The notes beneath the pieces are model-generated. The model did no database searches and was not told the origin of the DNA. It saw only the letters and a list, made by a program, of their open reading frames with translations. Positions 26,814-45,969 of a stretch of 64,000 nt of DNA are shown one piece after another. The translations under genes and the position numbers were made by a program. Position 1 is the first letter of the stretch, and every line of letters starts with the position of its first letter. Location: assembly GCA_046563655.1 (NCBI GenBank), contig CM102290.1:12586001-12650000 (forward strand), read 5' to 3'. The stretch is from Yuukianura sp. NJ FZ-2021 (taxonomy: Eukaryota).

Positions 26814-27338
26814 CTACGACAAAGTCTACTAAATCCAAATGGTGCTAACTATTTACAGTTTTTGTTAAATTGGGTTTATAAATTGGAGTTATATTTTATG
26901 GGGTCACGTGAACCTTAAGTTGTTATGTTGGAGAAGAGACTTGATTTTCCTATTTTTACAGTCATGTTTAGGTTTTTAGTAGAAATAGTTTAGCTATAAT
27001 GTAATTTCGGAAGATGATTCCTAAGAAACAATCAAATTAGTGTGTTGTGAAAGCACTTTTAAATGTCGATGGACCGCAGAATCATATTGTTATTCTTCAT
27101 CTGTGTTAGGGTTCTTACGTTTCGACATTTAATTGTCTAAATTAAATACAAACAACAACAGGGAATTGTCATATTTCCTTAATTCTGCATACAATCTAAC
27201 CAAAACTACAGCCAAACCTGTCATTGCACAACAACAAAGTCGGGCGAGAAAAATCGCGTTGCACAATGAGGTTATTTACTGTACTTGAAGGATTCTAACC
27301 TAATTCTTACAAAAGTGGACTTGAGTTTCTTGGATTTT

Positions 27339-30300
27339 TTACTTTTGAAGTTGATACTGTCCAGCAGAGTAGACGAGAATACCTTGAGACACTTTAGCAT
27401 CCAAGAACTTCTGCAGTTCGTCTGAACTACATTCCACTGTGGCAAATAGTTTGAGCATAGAGTGGATCCTTGTGAGCGGCAAAGTCCCTAGGTTTGTCAG
27501 CATTCCCTCAATGTACGACCAAAACATCTAAAACGCAGAGGTCATCCAGTTAAAACCAATGTGCTTGATTTAAGTGAATTGTTCCATTACTATTACCTGA
27601 AGCTCAGTTTCACGAATTGCAGTCGTAGAGGTCATTGGACTTTCCATTTCGTCGTCTTCCATGTACTTTCCATTTCCTCCATGACCCGCCATAGTCTTCA
27701 TTCTCTTACCACCCACAGTCTCTTCCAGGAGGCAGTATGTGTCTCCTTTGGACACCACAACGCCCTAAATATAAAACGATTAGAACAATGATTTAATCAA
27801 ATCATAATGTGATCAGATTTAATTAAGCAATAATCACAATTAATTTAAACTTATTACAATTAATTTAAACTTATGATTACTCACACGAGTCATCCAAAAT
27901 CGGATTCGGCTTCTCAGCGTCGCCGTAGGGACTTTGGTCACCTCTGCCAAATCTTCAAGAGTCCATCGAGCTGAAAACAGAAAATAAATTCGATAACGTC
28001 ATTCCTAATTTGCGTCACTTCCTACGTTACATTTGTAACGCATGATACGTTAGACGTGAACGTTACGTGATACGTTTCGTAGCACATAACGTTCATGACA
28101 AACTTTTCTTCAACTTTTCTCCTGGGTCTGTAGGGCAATAGGCTGGTTAAAAACCACAAATGTATGAATTTCGAAGCGCCTACCCTCTAAAAATCTTATT
28201 TTTTCTACAAAAAAAATTTCAAAAAAAAAAAATTCCCAATTTTCCAATGTTAAAGGGTCGCTCAGATCATTTAAATAACCTGACATTTAAATGTTTTAAT
28301 TAGCTACAGATTTTATCAAAGTTTCATTAATTAGAGTCAATCATAATTCAAATTAGTATTTGGTAAGTTCTTCTACCAAATACACTTTTGCTGTGTCTAA
28401 AATTTCGAATTTGACATAGTGGGATTTCCGGTGTTTTGAATACCTTCTCTGTTGCAGTGATGCTTATCGATCGTGATTGTACCCACCCGCTCGGTGCAGA
28501 GTTATGTTGTGTAGCGACAAGGGGATAATTAATTAATTAAATTAACGAATTAATTAAGAAATAATTAAATACAGATTTTGTCACATGGTGCAACCAACCC
28601 ACGGAAGATGCAAAGTTGCCACACCGTGTGGGTACAATGACAATCCTTAAACCGGATGTCAGACTTCGGACACGTTGAGCGACCCTTTAACGTTAAAAAA
28701 TTGGACTTTTTTTTTCACCAAAATTTTTCTTTCGCAAAAAATTTTCATTTGCAAGGGTAGGCGCTACAACTTAGTTAACTTTGTGTTCTCCATTTGGTTT
28801 TTAACCAGCCTAGTAGGGCAAGTGCTACGGAATCACGTTGCCTAAGCGTCCAGAAAAATTAATTCCAGCAAACTACTGCGCAAGTATCTGGACTAATTCA
28901 ATACGGAAGTACGTAATAAGTTAACAAATCTGTCGTAAAAACGACACAGTTACCACAAAGTCGGTTACCTATCGCGTGAATTCGATAACTTCGAATTTCT
29001 GCACCAAAATTCTGTGAAACTACTTGTGGAAAAAAATATCACATTAATCACGTTCTCTTTGGGTTTTTGAAGATTTTCATTGTTCAGTTTTCAAACGCAT
29101 TTGAATTTCAAACTTTGAATTTTTCAAATTTTTGATTTTTCTTTTGGAGAATTTTTCTTCTGAGAGCATTTTTTCTGTTGGTTTTTCTGCTTTGAAAATT
29201 AAATCCACAGGTACAACACGATAGTCATACTAAATTGAAACACATTTGGTGAATAATGGTTTTGTAATGGGCACATTGTGGGCAAATGGCGTAGTAGTTC
29301 AACACTGATAAAATTATAAAGACTCATCAATATTTGGCTTACATTTGTCCTGAAAGTGCCACAGAATGACAGCATGAGTAGGAGTGCAGTTGTAAGTCGC
29401 AGTTTTACCGAGATGCTGCACTTCAATTTCCACAGTGCCAATGTGTGTTTGCCATTCCAGAGAGCGGTTTCCCTTGATGGCCTCGAATGTAGAAGTGTAC
29501 AGTTTCACAGCCGCCTTCACTATGGGCGGTAACTCTAACTTTTCAGATTTTAGATCTGGCCAAAATTGGGCAGAGATGATCAGTCCACTAAATGCGATGC
29601 CCTACACAACAGAAAAATTTTGAAAAAAATGTCGCTCAAAGCACTAACAAATATTTTTCAGTTGGTTTATGATTTATGAAGATTTCTAACCTCGAATTCC
29701 AGAAATTTTTCATGGTCCTCTGCAAACCGGGTATTCATGCGCTGAGAATCCGCCACATCTTTCAACATGACTTCACACTTTTGAAGATCAGATTCCCCGA
29801 ACCTGAATCATAATTATGAAAAATATGAATTTTTTAAAAGTTTTAGTACAAAAAACTTGTGTTATCAAAAAATGAGTTATAAGCAGATATCCAAATTGTG
29901 TGCTACAGGCTCTCACCTTAGTTTGAGCAACTCTAGGCACTTCACTTCACGAGTACTAGTCACTGGTTTGGCCGTCTTTAGCAGTCGATCGGCAAGAAGA
30001 GTTCGATATTCTTCTATAAAGAGGGTCTTGGATCCATAGATTGACACAAAAGTTTGAATTAAATCTGCTTCTCGTAAGTTGTACTTGTCCCGAGGAATGT
30101 CAATTGGATCTAAAGAATAAACCAAAAATTCTTAACATTGGCATTACTGTAGTTACGCTGGATGCTCACCAGGAAGCCAGAATTCCCATTTGTAATCCGG
30201 ATTAGCAGATTCCGTAGAATCGGATGGATTTCGAGCTAATTCTTCAGCTAAATCTCCTGACTCTTCTGTGAGACTCACAAGGATCACACGAATAGTTTCT

Positions 30301-31142
30301 TCCCTTTGTTTTAAGTACTCTCTGGAAACAAAAAATTGAACGGTGCAAATAAAAACAGCACTCCAGAAAAGTTGAACGTCGTACCGAACGGGAGGAGTGA
30401 CAAGCTGAAGTAAGATTCCATCAGGGTCAAGAAATTTAAGAGATCGAACAACGGAAACATAAGCGTCAACTACGTTCACAGTTGTAACTCCAGTGTGCAG
30501 CAGCCTTTTGACCAAATCACTCTTCAAAGTTTCAACAATCAAATCCCGTATTTTGGTTACTTTGAGGCAGTAGCGAAGATCTAATAGAATTGGCTGAGAA
30601 TCCGGGTAATCTAAAAACAAAATCGTCCAAATTACAAGTACTCTCCTTCTTTTATGGTTTCAGGATAAGCGAAATTATTGTTGCACACCAATACACATTT
30701 GGAATAGGTCTGTAGACATTGCTTCTCCAAATGCTCTCAACATAAGGTTTTCAATGTCTTCTATAAATCCACCCCTCTTTGCTCCAGCAATAAGTCGCTT
30801 GATGTCGGGATTTTTTAGCCGCATTCCGTCAATCAGTGGAAATATCTCAAACATCAGCCACTATTACAAAAAAAGTAGTCGTGAGTTTTCATATTAGTTG
30901 AACAACGATTTGAAACTGGTATTGCTTACCTGGCGTAGTGTCTCAAGGTGACTCGCATCATACTTCCCAACACACTCTGCATTGATATGGTCTTTGAACT
31001 CTTTCTGAAGGCTGGTAAATAGTTCTGGTCCTGTAAGGTGTGCCCAACGCTCCTTGTTGGGTGACTTAAAAATCGATGGCTCTTCAGCATGTCTTGAAAT
31101 AGGAGTTGACGTTCCTCGATGACGTCGAATAAAATGGAACAT
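27339..31142 (-). CDS. ANAPC2: Anaphase-promoting complex subunit 2 (cullin-like)
   Basis: About 10 exons. DYPDSQPILLDLRYCL, RLLHTGV, FVSIYGSKTLFIEEYRTLLADRLL, ELLKLRFG, C-terminal winged helix FWSYIEGMLTNLGTLPLTRIHSMLKLF. Confidence 0.92.
28139..28812. mobile_element. MULE-like non-autonomous element in ANAPC2 intron
   Basis: Terminal taggctggttaaaaacca / tggtttttaaccagccta, imperfect IR extending ~130 bp (agcgcctaccct; ttaaagggtcgctca), perfect 9-bp TSD gtagggcaa. Confidence 0.85.
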
Positions 31143-32184
31143 TTTCGCTTCCGTCCACGTTTACCTTACGTTCTCGCGTTCTTCACTGCCGCATAATCCG
31201 TGAATCTGAAAATCTGAAATCGCCCATTATTGATCGGATGAATTCATCAAGGAATCAACGTTTACGACTTACATTACTCAAGTGATAGAAAAAGCTCACA
31301 CTGTCACACTGAAAAAATATTACTTACCAAACAGCCGAATACATTGAAACCAGAAAGTCCACAAATCAACTCATACTCATACACGCATAGTTCGCTTAAA
31401 TGCACCTTTCAACGATTAATAAAAATGATAATTGACAGAAAATTAACACTACTTTGAGAAGAATGACAAAATGTATGAAGTATGAGAGAGTTCAACGATC
31501 ATTAATGAAATGAATGAAAATGAAGACTGTTTTTGAATGTTTACTAAAATATTTTCGCGCCGCTCAAATTTTGAAAGTTATAAAAATCACTATAACATAT
31601 AAAAGCTTCTCCACTAAAGCGCAAAGTTCAAAAACAGCATCAATAGCACTATTTTGTAAAAAATTGACAGCTAATTTCAAACAATAGATAAATTGATTAT
31701 GATTAATTATAACTTTTAATACCTTAACTTTAATGGAGTATCGTGGAGTAATTTTTACTAATTTACTCTAACTTTTAGAGGTTAGTACATAATTGCTGCT
31801 TTAATAAAAGTCACAATTTCAGTGACTATTGCACGTTGCTTTTCCAATTACACAGTAAATTGCAAAAATATCGTTTAGACTTTTTTAGCACAGCACGTGA
31901 GAAAACCGAGGGAAAAAGTATTTCCTTGTGCTTTTTTGTCATTGTGATACGGCGGAGACGGAAATGAATGGAAAGATCCAGAGATCTAGTATTTAGTTGA
32001 AGAAATTGAAAGAAAACGAGTCACAATTGACACAATTACTAATTTAGCTTTGTACTCAACTAATCTGTTGACGTGACTTGGACCTCTCAGGTGACCTAAC
32101 ATCCCATTTGTATACATAAAAGTTTTCATTTTTTCTAAACAAATTACGAAACATCTCGCTCTGTCACTCTTCTTCAAGACATAA

Positions 32185-34299
32185 ATGTTTCGCCCAATTG
32201 TATCCGCTACTACCAGGAGACTTACAACAAATCGTGCTTGTGCTTCCCTACCGCGTCTGCCACAACGTCCATCACAGTATCCGGACTGTCCAGGTTTATT
32301 ACGCTGTAAAGATTTCGTCGGACTCGGACTTGTATCCATTCAGCACATCCAATGGATCCACACAACTTCTTGTCAACAGCAGAAGAAAGACTACTACGAA
32401 ATACTCGGGGTAGCCCGCAATGCCTCAGCAAAGGATATCAAAAAAGCGTATTACCAATTAGCCAAAAAGTATCACCCAGATACCAACAAGGGAGACGCTA
32501 ATTGTGCCAAGAAGTTCCACGATGTCTCTGAGGCCTATGAGGTATACAATCTAACGATTTGATGGTGTCGTGACATAGATAGAACGAATTTAACATGATC
32601 TGATGGATTAGGTTCTAAGTGACAACACAAAGCGGAAGGAGTATGATACCTGGGGACAGACAACTGAGCAAATGGGACGAGCTGGTGGTGGTCCAGCCCC
32701 CGGAAGGGGTGGATTTAGTCAACAACAATCTTGGAACTTCCATTCGACGATTGATCCGGAAGAGCTGTTTAGGAAAATCTTTGGAGATGCTGCATTCGGA
32801 GGTAGAGGAGGACCGTTTGCTGGAATGGACCCGAACGATGAATATGAAGAATCGGTGTATGGCTATGGAGCTGCTCAGGAAGTAAATCACTAACATTAAT
32901 AATGTTAACATCGATTAGTTCACTATGCTTCAACTTCTGAAATTGCTTTGCAGATAGTGATGAACCTTACCTTCCAACAAGCTGCTCGGGGAGTCAACAA
33001 AGATGTCAATGTCAACGTCACCGACTCTTGTCCAAAGTGCCTAGGATCAAAATGTGAACTCGGAACAAAACCTGTAAAGTGTGAGCAGTGCAATGGAACT
33101 GGAATGGAAACAATAGCTACTGGTTAGTTTTTTCTGTAGTTTAACAATAACAAGACTCTGTTTGTAGAAAATTACACGTTTTTATGTATAAATTGCAGGT
33201 CCTTTCATCATGCGCTCTACATGTCGTCAGTGTAGAGGTGCCCGAACTATGAACTTGCATCCTTGTAGTGAATGTAATGGCAAAGGGACTGTTGTCCAGC
33301 GGAAAAAAGTCACCGTTCCAGTTCCCGCGGGTAAGCAAATCAAGAAAGACAGTGGTATCACTGTAATTGACTGTTAGTTTAGTTAATCAAAATTAATCTT
33401 ATTCTAATTGATCAGGAGTTGAGGATGGCCAGACTGTGCGGATGCCGGTAGGGAAGAAGGAGATCTTCATTACTTTCCGTGTAGAAAAATCCGATTATTT
33501 CCGAAGAGAGGGTTCCGATGTGCACAGCGACGCAACAATATCCATTGCTCAGGCTATTCTCGGCGGTTCAACGCGTATCCAAGGCATCTACGAGAACCTC
33601 ACAATTGACGTTAGTTGACAATTTTGCTTTAAGTTGCTCGTACTTTCTTGTGTCTTTGTCATATCTTGATTATTGCATGTTTCAGGTTCCCCCTGGTACA
33701 AGTTCTCATACACGAATACGACTCAAAGGCAAAGGAATCCGGAAAGTCAATGGTTTCGGACACGGTGACCATTATGTCCATGTAAAAGTTCGAGTACCTC
33801 TACAGCTAACAACAGAACAGGAAGCCCTACTAAGAGCTTACGCTGAGCTAGAACAAGATACTCCCGGCACAGTCAAAGGCGTCACTAATACTAAATCTGG
33901 TACGAAATGGTTCTAAATTAATCAAACTAATTCCCGCAATTAAAAATTTCCCACCAATTCCTAAAAGAATCCAACGGATTCCTTCCTACTCCTTTACTCG
34001 TTCGTCTCCTAGCAGCAGAATTAGAGTTGGTCGATACTCAGTTAGGTGAAAAATATCGTTTTTCCTACGATTTAAATCTAAAGTAGCCAAATACTGCCAA
34101 AGACTGGATCAATTTTAGAACAAAGGGCGTTGGCCCTTTTGCTCTTTGTGTTGTAGGTGGGGGATCCAGTTCAAGTGGGTTTTCCAATAAGGAAGAGGAG
34201 ACTGCCGATGCTGCTAGTACAGTGAAACCTAACACTGGAAACAAAGATACTAGAAAGACTGGAATACTAGAAAGAATCAAAAATGCATTATTCGGTTGA
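32185..34299 (+). CDS. DNAJA3: Mitochondrial DnaJ (Tid1/Tid56), proximal last-exon isoform
   Basis: Arg-rich presequence, J domain KDYYEILGV...YHPD, G/F region, CxxCxGxG repeats. Exons 32185-32541, 32612-32881, 32954-33122, 33199-33330, 33416-33609, 33686-33899, 34157-34299 (ends [12 protein letters not shown]). Confidence 0.93.
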
Positions 34300-34579
34300 T
34301 CTCTCCTCTCTCCTGTCCAGTTAGTACCCAGTTTATAATTTCCAAGTGACCACAAAGTACTAAAACTACGCTTTTAGTACTCTGCCATCCAATCCGCTTA
34401 TCCTACTTCAGTCTTTGACCTTCTTTCAAAATCTGCCAACTTAACTTCCTAACCTAGTCACTCCAAATTTGAAAATCGGCTTAACAATGATTCACAAAAT
34501 TCAAAACTAAGACAAGTATAAAATAAAAATGATTTTATGTCAAATTGGAGAAAAATGTTCGATATGCTAATTGTTTCAG

Positions 34580-34833
34580 GAGAGAAGCGCAATACCGCAG
34601 AAACGGATTTACTGCGAACCATTCGAGCGTCTCTTCAACGGGAACCAGAGGAAATTGGAACTTCATCTGACATTTCTGAAGATAAATCACAAACAATGGG
34701 CAATAGTAGAACTAGTACTATGGAAGATCATCCAGAATCACCGGAAATTAACCAGCAAGAGACAGTAGTCAAGAAGAGTAGAAGTGGAAGTGCTAATCAG
34801 AAACCGGAGAAAATGAAGGCATGTGCGTCTTAG
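34580..34833 (+). CDS. Candidate alternative terminal exon of DNAJA3
   Basis: Acceptor ttgtttcag at 34571-34579, phase compatible with donor at 33899, open frame (G)EKRNTAETD...KACAS*. Confidence 0.6.
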
Positions 34834-36418
34834 GCATTTAGGATCAACAGATCTTGCAACTTTGTCGTTCGTGATCATCTTCACTTCAAAATCAGATTAT
34901 CTGAGACTTTTCTGCATAAGGATATAAGGATAAGGATTTGGAAAATTGGTGGATTACTTATAGACTGGAAGACAAACATAATTTAAAATATTGACGAATA
35001 TCAATGACTCCCGACGATACATTTGTTATCGAAGGGTCGTTAAAATGGTTTAGTTTCTGTAGATGAATTAGAATTACTAATACTACGTCTTAGTAACATT
35101 AGCTTTTAGTTGTATGTATTTAGGTTCCTCAGCTTACATTAGTAGGTACTATCCTACAAAAGATTTCAACTTATTGTGAAAAATCCTTCCAGTTTTTCTT
35201 CAATTAGGAATAGTTTAATTAGTTGTAGTTATTTTACACAAGTTTATGTGTTTGATCTTGACACCTTATTTTTTTCGGGCAGATTGGCATAGCAGAAGGG
35301 CGTACCGACGTAAGTTTTCTCTTTCTTGAGTTTAGTGTTCAAGATACCCTTTTGCACTGTGGGCAGCAACTGTCATCGTCATCAAGGAAAGATCCGACCC
35401 AAAATGCCGGTTGGCTGACCGGCATTCAAGTCAATGCTATTATTATTATAACGTAAAATGAATGAAATGTAATAAAAATCGTTAGGTTTTGCTAAATAAC
35501 TTACATTGAGGGAAGTTCTGCTGGGCTAATTTACTTTTTAAAGGAATTTGGGTGCTAATGCCAAACATAAGGTTGGGTTAAGGCTTAACTACCGTCAAAG
35601 TAACCACAAAGTGGCTACAGTCTGTGGCGACGCTAACGGTGTTACGCTCTGTGGCAAGTGATGTTGACAGTGTAGGTTAGATCCTAGATTAGATTCAAGT
35701 AGCTGCATTCGTTGTTCAGATGTAGCCGCCTATTGCTGCCATGATACGAGTGGCCGAAGTGGCAACACATTGTGGCTACAATGAAGATCGTTTATCCTTA
35801 GGTTGCTGAGATTGAGTACCCAATAAGTACCACCCTACTGAATCATTCATTTAGACTGTAAATTTTACACACACCACTCACTATTTACTTTATACGCACC
35901 CACCCACCAAAAAACATCAGATTCTGATTCAGCAGAGCTCATTTGCTTCTCATCTTCATCTGTCATTTGTTATTTTAGTTTATTTGTGTGACAGATTTGA
36001 GAAGGGATCGAAGCGATTGTGTTTCAAGAACAAGATTTGTCAGTCACTAACGCTGATTTGACGCAATCTGCTGACAGATACTAACAGTCCGTCGACGGGA
36101 TCGAAACAAATGAAAGAGCAACGGAACACTTCATCCTGTAAGTTATTCCGGATTGTGCTAATTAATGGATAAGTTTAACTAGTATAGGATTCATTATAAC
36201 AAGAAACTAGAAAGAGTAGTATCAGGGTGTGACCAGTCATGTAGCTATTCATGCCGGGTGACACTATAAGTTTATGGAGGTATTAGATCGCTGAGCTGAT
36301 CATATTCGCAGGATGTTATAGTTGAGTTTCTTTAAACACCTTGTTGTTTTTTTTTTACAGATTATTTATCGTTTTACGAACGTGATTCGTGAGAAGTACG
36401 CGGATTGAACCAACCTAG

Positions 36419-42712
<6,294 letters not shown>

Positions 42713-42986
42713 TAATGTTGTTAGACTTACCGTGTTCACACAATTCCAACCAGATCAATAACCTAAACTTGTAATTTAACATAGACAAGGTCTTCTTCCC
42801 CCTGTTTTTTATGTTAGACTCTTTAATTAAACTTTGCAAACATCCAGATTCTGAACATATACTATTCAATTACATAAAAAGATGCTTAACAAGTCTCAAA
42901 AATTAAATATAGAATATGTGAACTACATGTGTATAATTAATTGAAAATTACTTCAAAATCCTTTATATTAATTTATCTAGACAATA

Positions 42987-43276
42987 CAGTAAGACCTCTC
43001 ATTTCGCAACACTGAAGGCTCGGAAAACCAGTGTTGCTGGATATCCACTTTTTCGGCATTTCGTCCACGGCTGGATATCCAGTGGAAGAAATGGATGAAT
43101 CCAAAGGGGCGGAGCTTTGCCCACGACGTTTGAATCAATCAAATACAAAAAGTTTAAACAATTCAAAATACCGCACAAAAACAAAGGAAATATTTGTTTT
43201 TGTTTTAGTTTTAAATAGACAATTAATTTTAACGGTGAAAGAAACTCTTTTTGATATAATTTCAGAATTTTTACTG
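42987..43276. mobile_element. Tc1/pogo-like MITE remnant containing a hAT-end fragment
   Basis: ta|cagtaagacctctc ... tttttactg|ta; internal 43029-43099 matches the 20489-20897 element end. Confidence 0.55.
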
Positions 43277-43382
43277 TATAATGATATTTAGTAGTACCTG
43301 ATGAGATCTGTCACATAACAGACAGCACCGAACAATCGGTCAACGGGAACAAAAATAGTAAGTTTGTGGCAAGCGTTGATGT

Positions 43383-44766
43383 CTAGGAAGCTGGAGGCTC
43401 GTTTTCGTCATTTAGTCCTGCGAAGAAGTCACTAGCATTCTGCTTATTAGACGATTGTAGATGGAGCCTGTAGTGTGGTGAAGCCGCTTCTGAAGCTGCG
43501 TCCACATCCTCCAGAAACCCAATATCCCAAAAACGAACTTCTTCTTCATGTCCCACAGTAGCCAGTAGTCGACCATCCGCTGAGATATCCATTTGTTCCA
43601 CCATGGACGGATGCTCACCAATTGTACCGACGGGTTTATGTGGGAAAAAATCATACGCACGGATGCTGCCGTCGTCGTACCCGATGATTCCAATCCGTTC
43701 AGTTACTGGGATCATGGCATTGACTGCTGCTTTATGTGGCTTTAGGACATCACTATGATAATCATAGTTTCCAGTATCAAAGACATAAATTCGTCCACTA
43801 CCGCTGCCAACGAGGACCTTGGTGTCGTCCCGGAATGTGCCCAGACACGAGAACGGATTGCCACATGGCTCAGATTGCTTGACCGTTCCGTTTTGGATTT
43901 TGACCGTTGATACGCTGCCGTCACCCATGGCGCAAAGAATGGATTTTTGGTTTGGTGCTAGTATCATTTGTGCAACTTCCTCATTGCCGGCAGAAACACG
44001 AAACACGGAGTGTTGTCCTACACGATGATCCCACGCTGAAAAATAAAATTATAAGTTTCATAAGGTAAACTTACTCTTCTGCACGAGCGTGACTACTATT
44101 TAGGTTCAGAATCACTTTCAGAATGTCTTTTTACCTTGAACATCACCATTTATGCAGCCAACACCAAATACGAACTCATTAATGTACACGACACAATTCG
44201 CACCATCGCTGCCCCTATATAAAAGAAACCACCCAACGTTGACTAGAACACTCGCACTCTGATGTGAAAGAAATAAAGAATCTTTTCATACCCCTCTTCG
44301 CTGTTTTGAAATTCAGCGATTTTCTTTAGGGATCCATTGTTAACGTCGAAGAGGGCAACAGTGTCATTGTCGAAGGCAGAGATTAGTCTGTCTTTCATGT
44401 CCAGAGTAAACGCAACGACTCGCGGCATAGCATCGAATTTCTTCACAACGACAGGCTTCTTGGCTTCGATATCCACTCTGAGGAAAAAAGGAGAGTACGG
44501 GTTAAACCACTATTGTAAGGAACTTCATCAACCCAGTACTAGTAAATACTGAAATTCGTTATGTACTGGATACATTCGCTAGACCTTAATGGTGGCTGTT
44601 TCAAAAATGTTAAAACCAACTAGTAATTGGAAATACGTTACAAAAGGAGGAACAGAACGTACATCTCAATTGTCGAATCGTAAGTTCCGACGGCAGCGAT
44701 GGTTTCACTTGAGATAGCAAAGGAGACATCTGCAGGAACACCGGAAACTGGAATCGTGAAGTGCAT
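43383..44766 (-). CDS. WDR55: WD40 repeat protein, WDR55-like
   Basis: Exons approx 44766-44663, 44477-44292, 44214-44135, 44035-43383. WD repeats plus PHKPVGTIGEH and C-terminal DFFAGL motif recalled from WDR55. Confidence 0.75.
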
Positions 44767-45969
44767 TTTTCCTAAAAATCAACATAAAATTAATTATGTT
44801 ACATGAAACATCGATATCTTGGATACATTCCATCTTAACTCTTAACTTGTTGAAGAATTACAAAGCTTGAAATAAATGAATATTACCACTAAACCTCTCA
44901 CCCATAAATTAGTAAATCGTATGTAATGTAACGAAGCTCTCCTTTCAGTCGCGGGTTAGTATGACTGGAGATTCCTGATTGACCGATCCGTCGTCAGTAC
45001 GCAGTATACCACTCTGGATACAGGAAATAGCATACGACCGAACACTGACCCAACTGAATTAAGGTTGTCGCTTCAAAAATAGTTACTTGTTGACCTCTTA
45101 TCTTACCGGGTATCTCAAAAACGTGCAAAAACAGATGACTAGAAATTGACTACTATTTGCAGTTAAGACAAGGTCATTTACAACTTAAACACTACACACG
45201 GCAATTCGCGGTTGATTTAAGGATTAACGAAAGTCATCGTAACCACGCCGGCCATCTATCGTGGCCTATAACTGAGTGGCATATTATGTAGCCACCTTAA
45301 GAACTGAAGGTAACTCAATACTTTAGTTACTTTTGGTAAAATAAGTTGCCACCACAGTGTAGCCACCCGATCTATTGTAGGCTACAATTTGTAGTCGTAG
45401 AGTGGGCTACACTGACCTTATTACACCTTACCCCAACCTAATTCGCTCTTAGAGATTTGTTTTCCCGCCACGACCCCAGCTGAATTTGTTCCTTGAGGCC
45501 ATACAGTCCTTAACCTTAACCGCCACAAAAATCGACTACCTTAAGTGCAACAATTTATTTAAATTTAACGAAAAACCAAAAATATCCGCTACTCGACTTT
45601 AAAATCGCGCGAGTAAAATAGTGTAAAACCATTTAAGTTAAGATTCTGTTTTTATTTTAATTATTATCAATCTTAACTAAAATACAGGCGCGGTGCCAAA
45701 TTCCAAAGACCACCCCGGTCGGTATCCGTCTGTGGCGTTGTTTTTTGTTATTCTTGTGGTATTTTTAAACGAGTAGAGCTAAGGGCAGGGTGTTATTCCA
45801 TTTCTATTCTAAAAGCCTTGGTAAGTGTCAATGACTTTTAGAACAAGCGTTTAAAATTTAATAATCGTACCGTTATACGGTTAGCATAATGATTAATACG
45901 TTTGAAACTTCAAGTAATAATTTGTAATCTTTAGGATCCTCTAACATCACCACATTTGGGTAGGACACG

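Noticed and set aside
44820..44833. GTATCC U12-like donor upstream of WDR55
   Set aside because: Continues gtatccaag rather than gtatcctt, and splicing to the next acceptor creates an immediate TGA.
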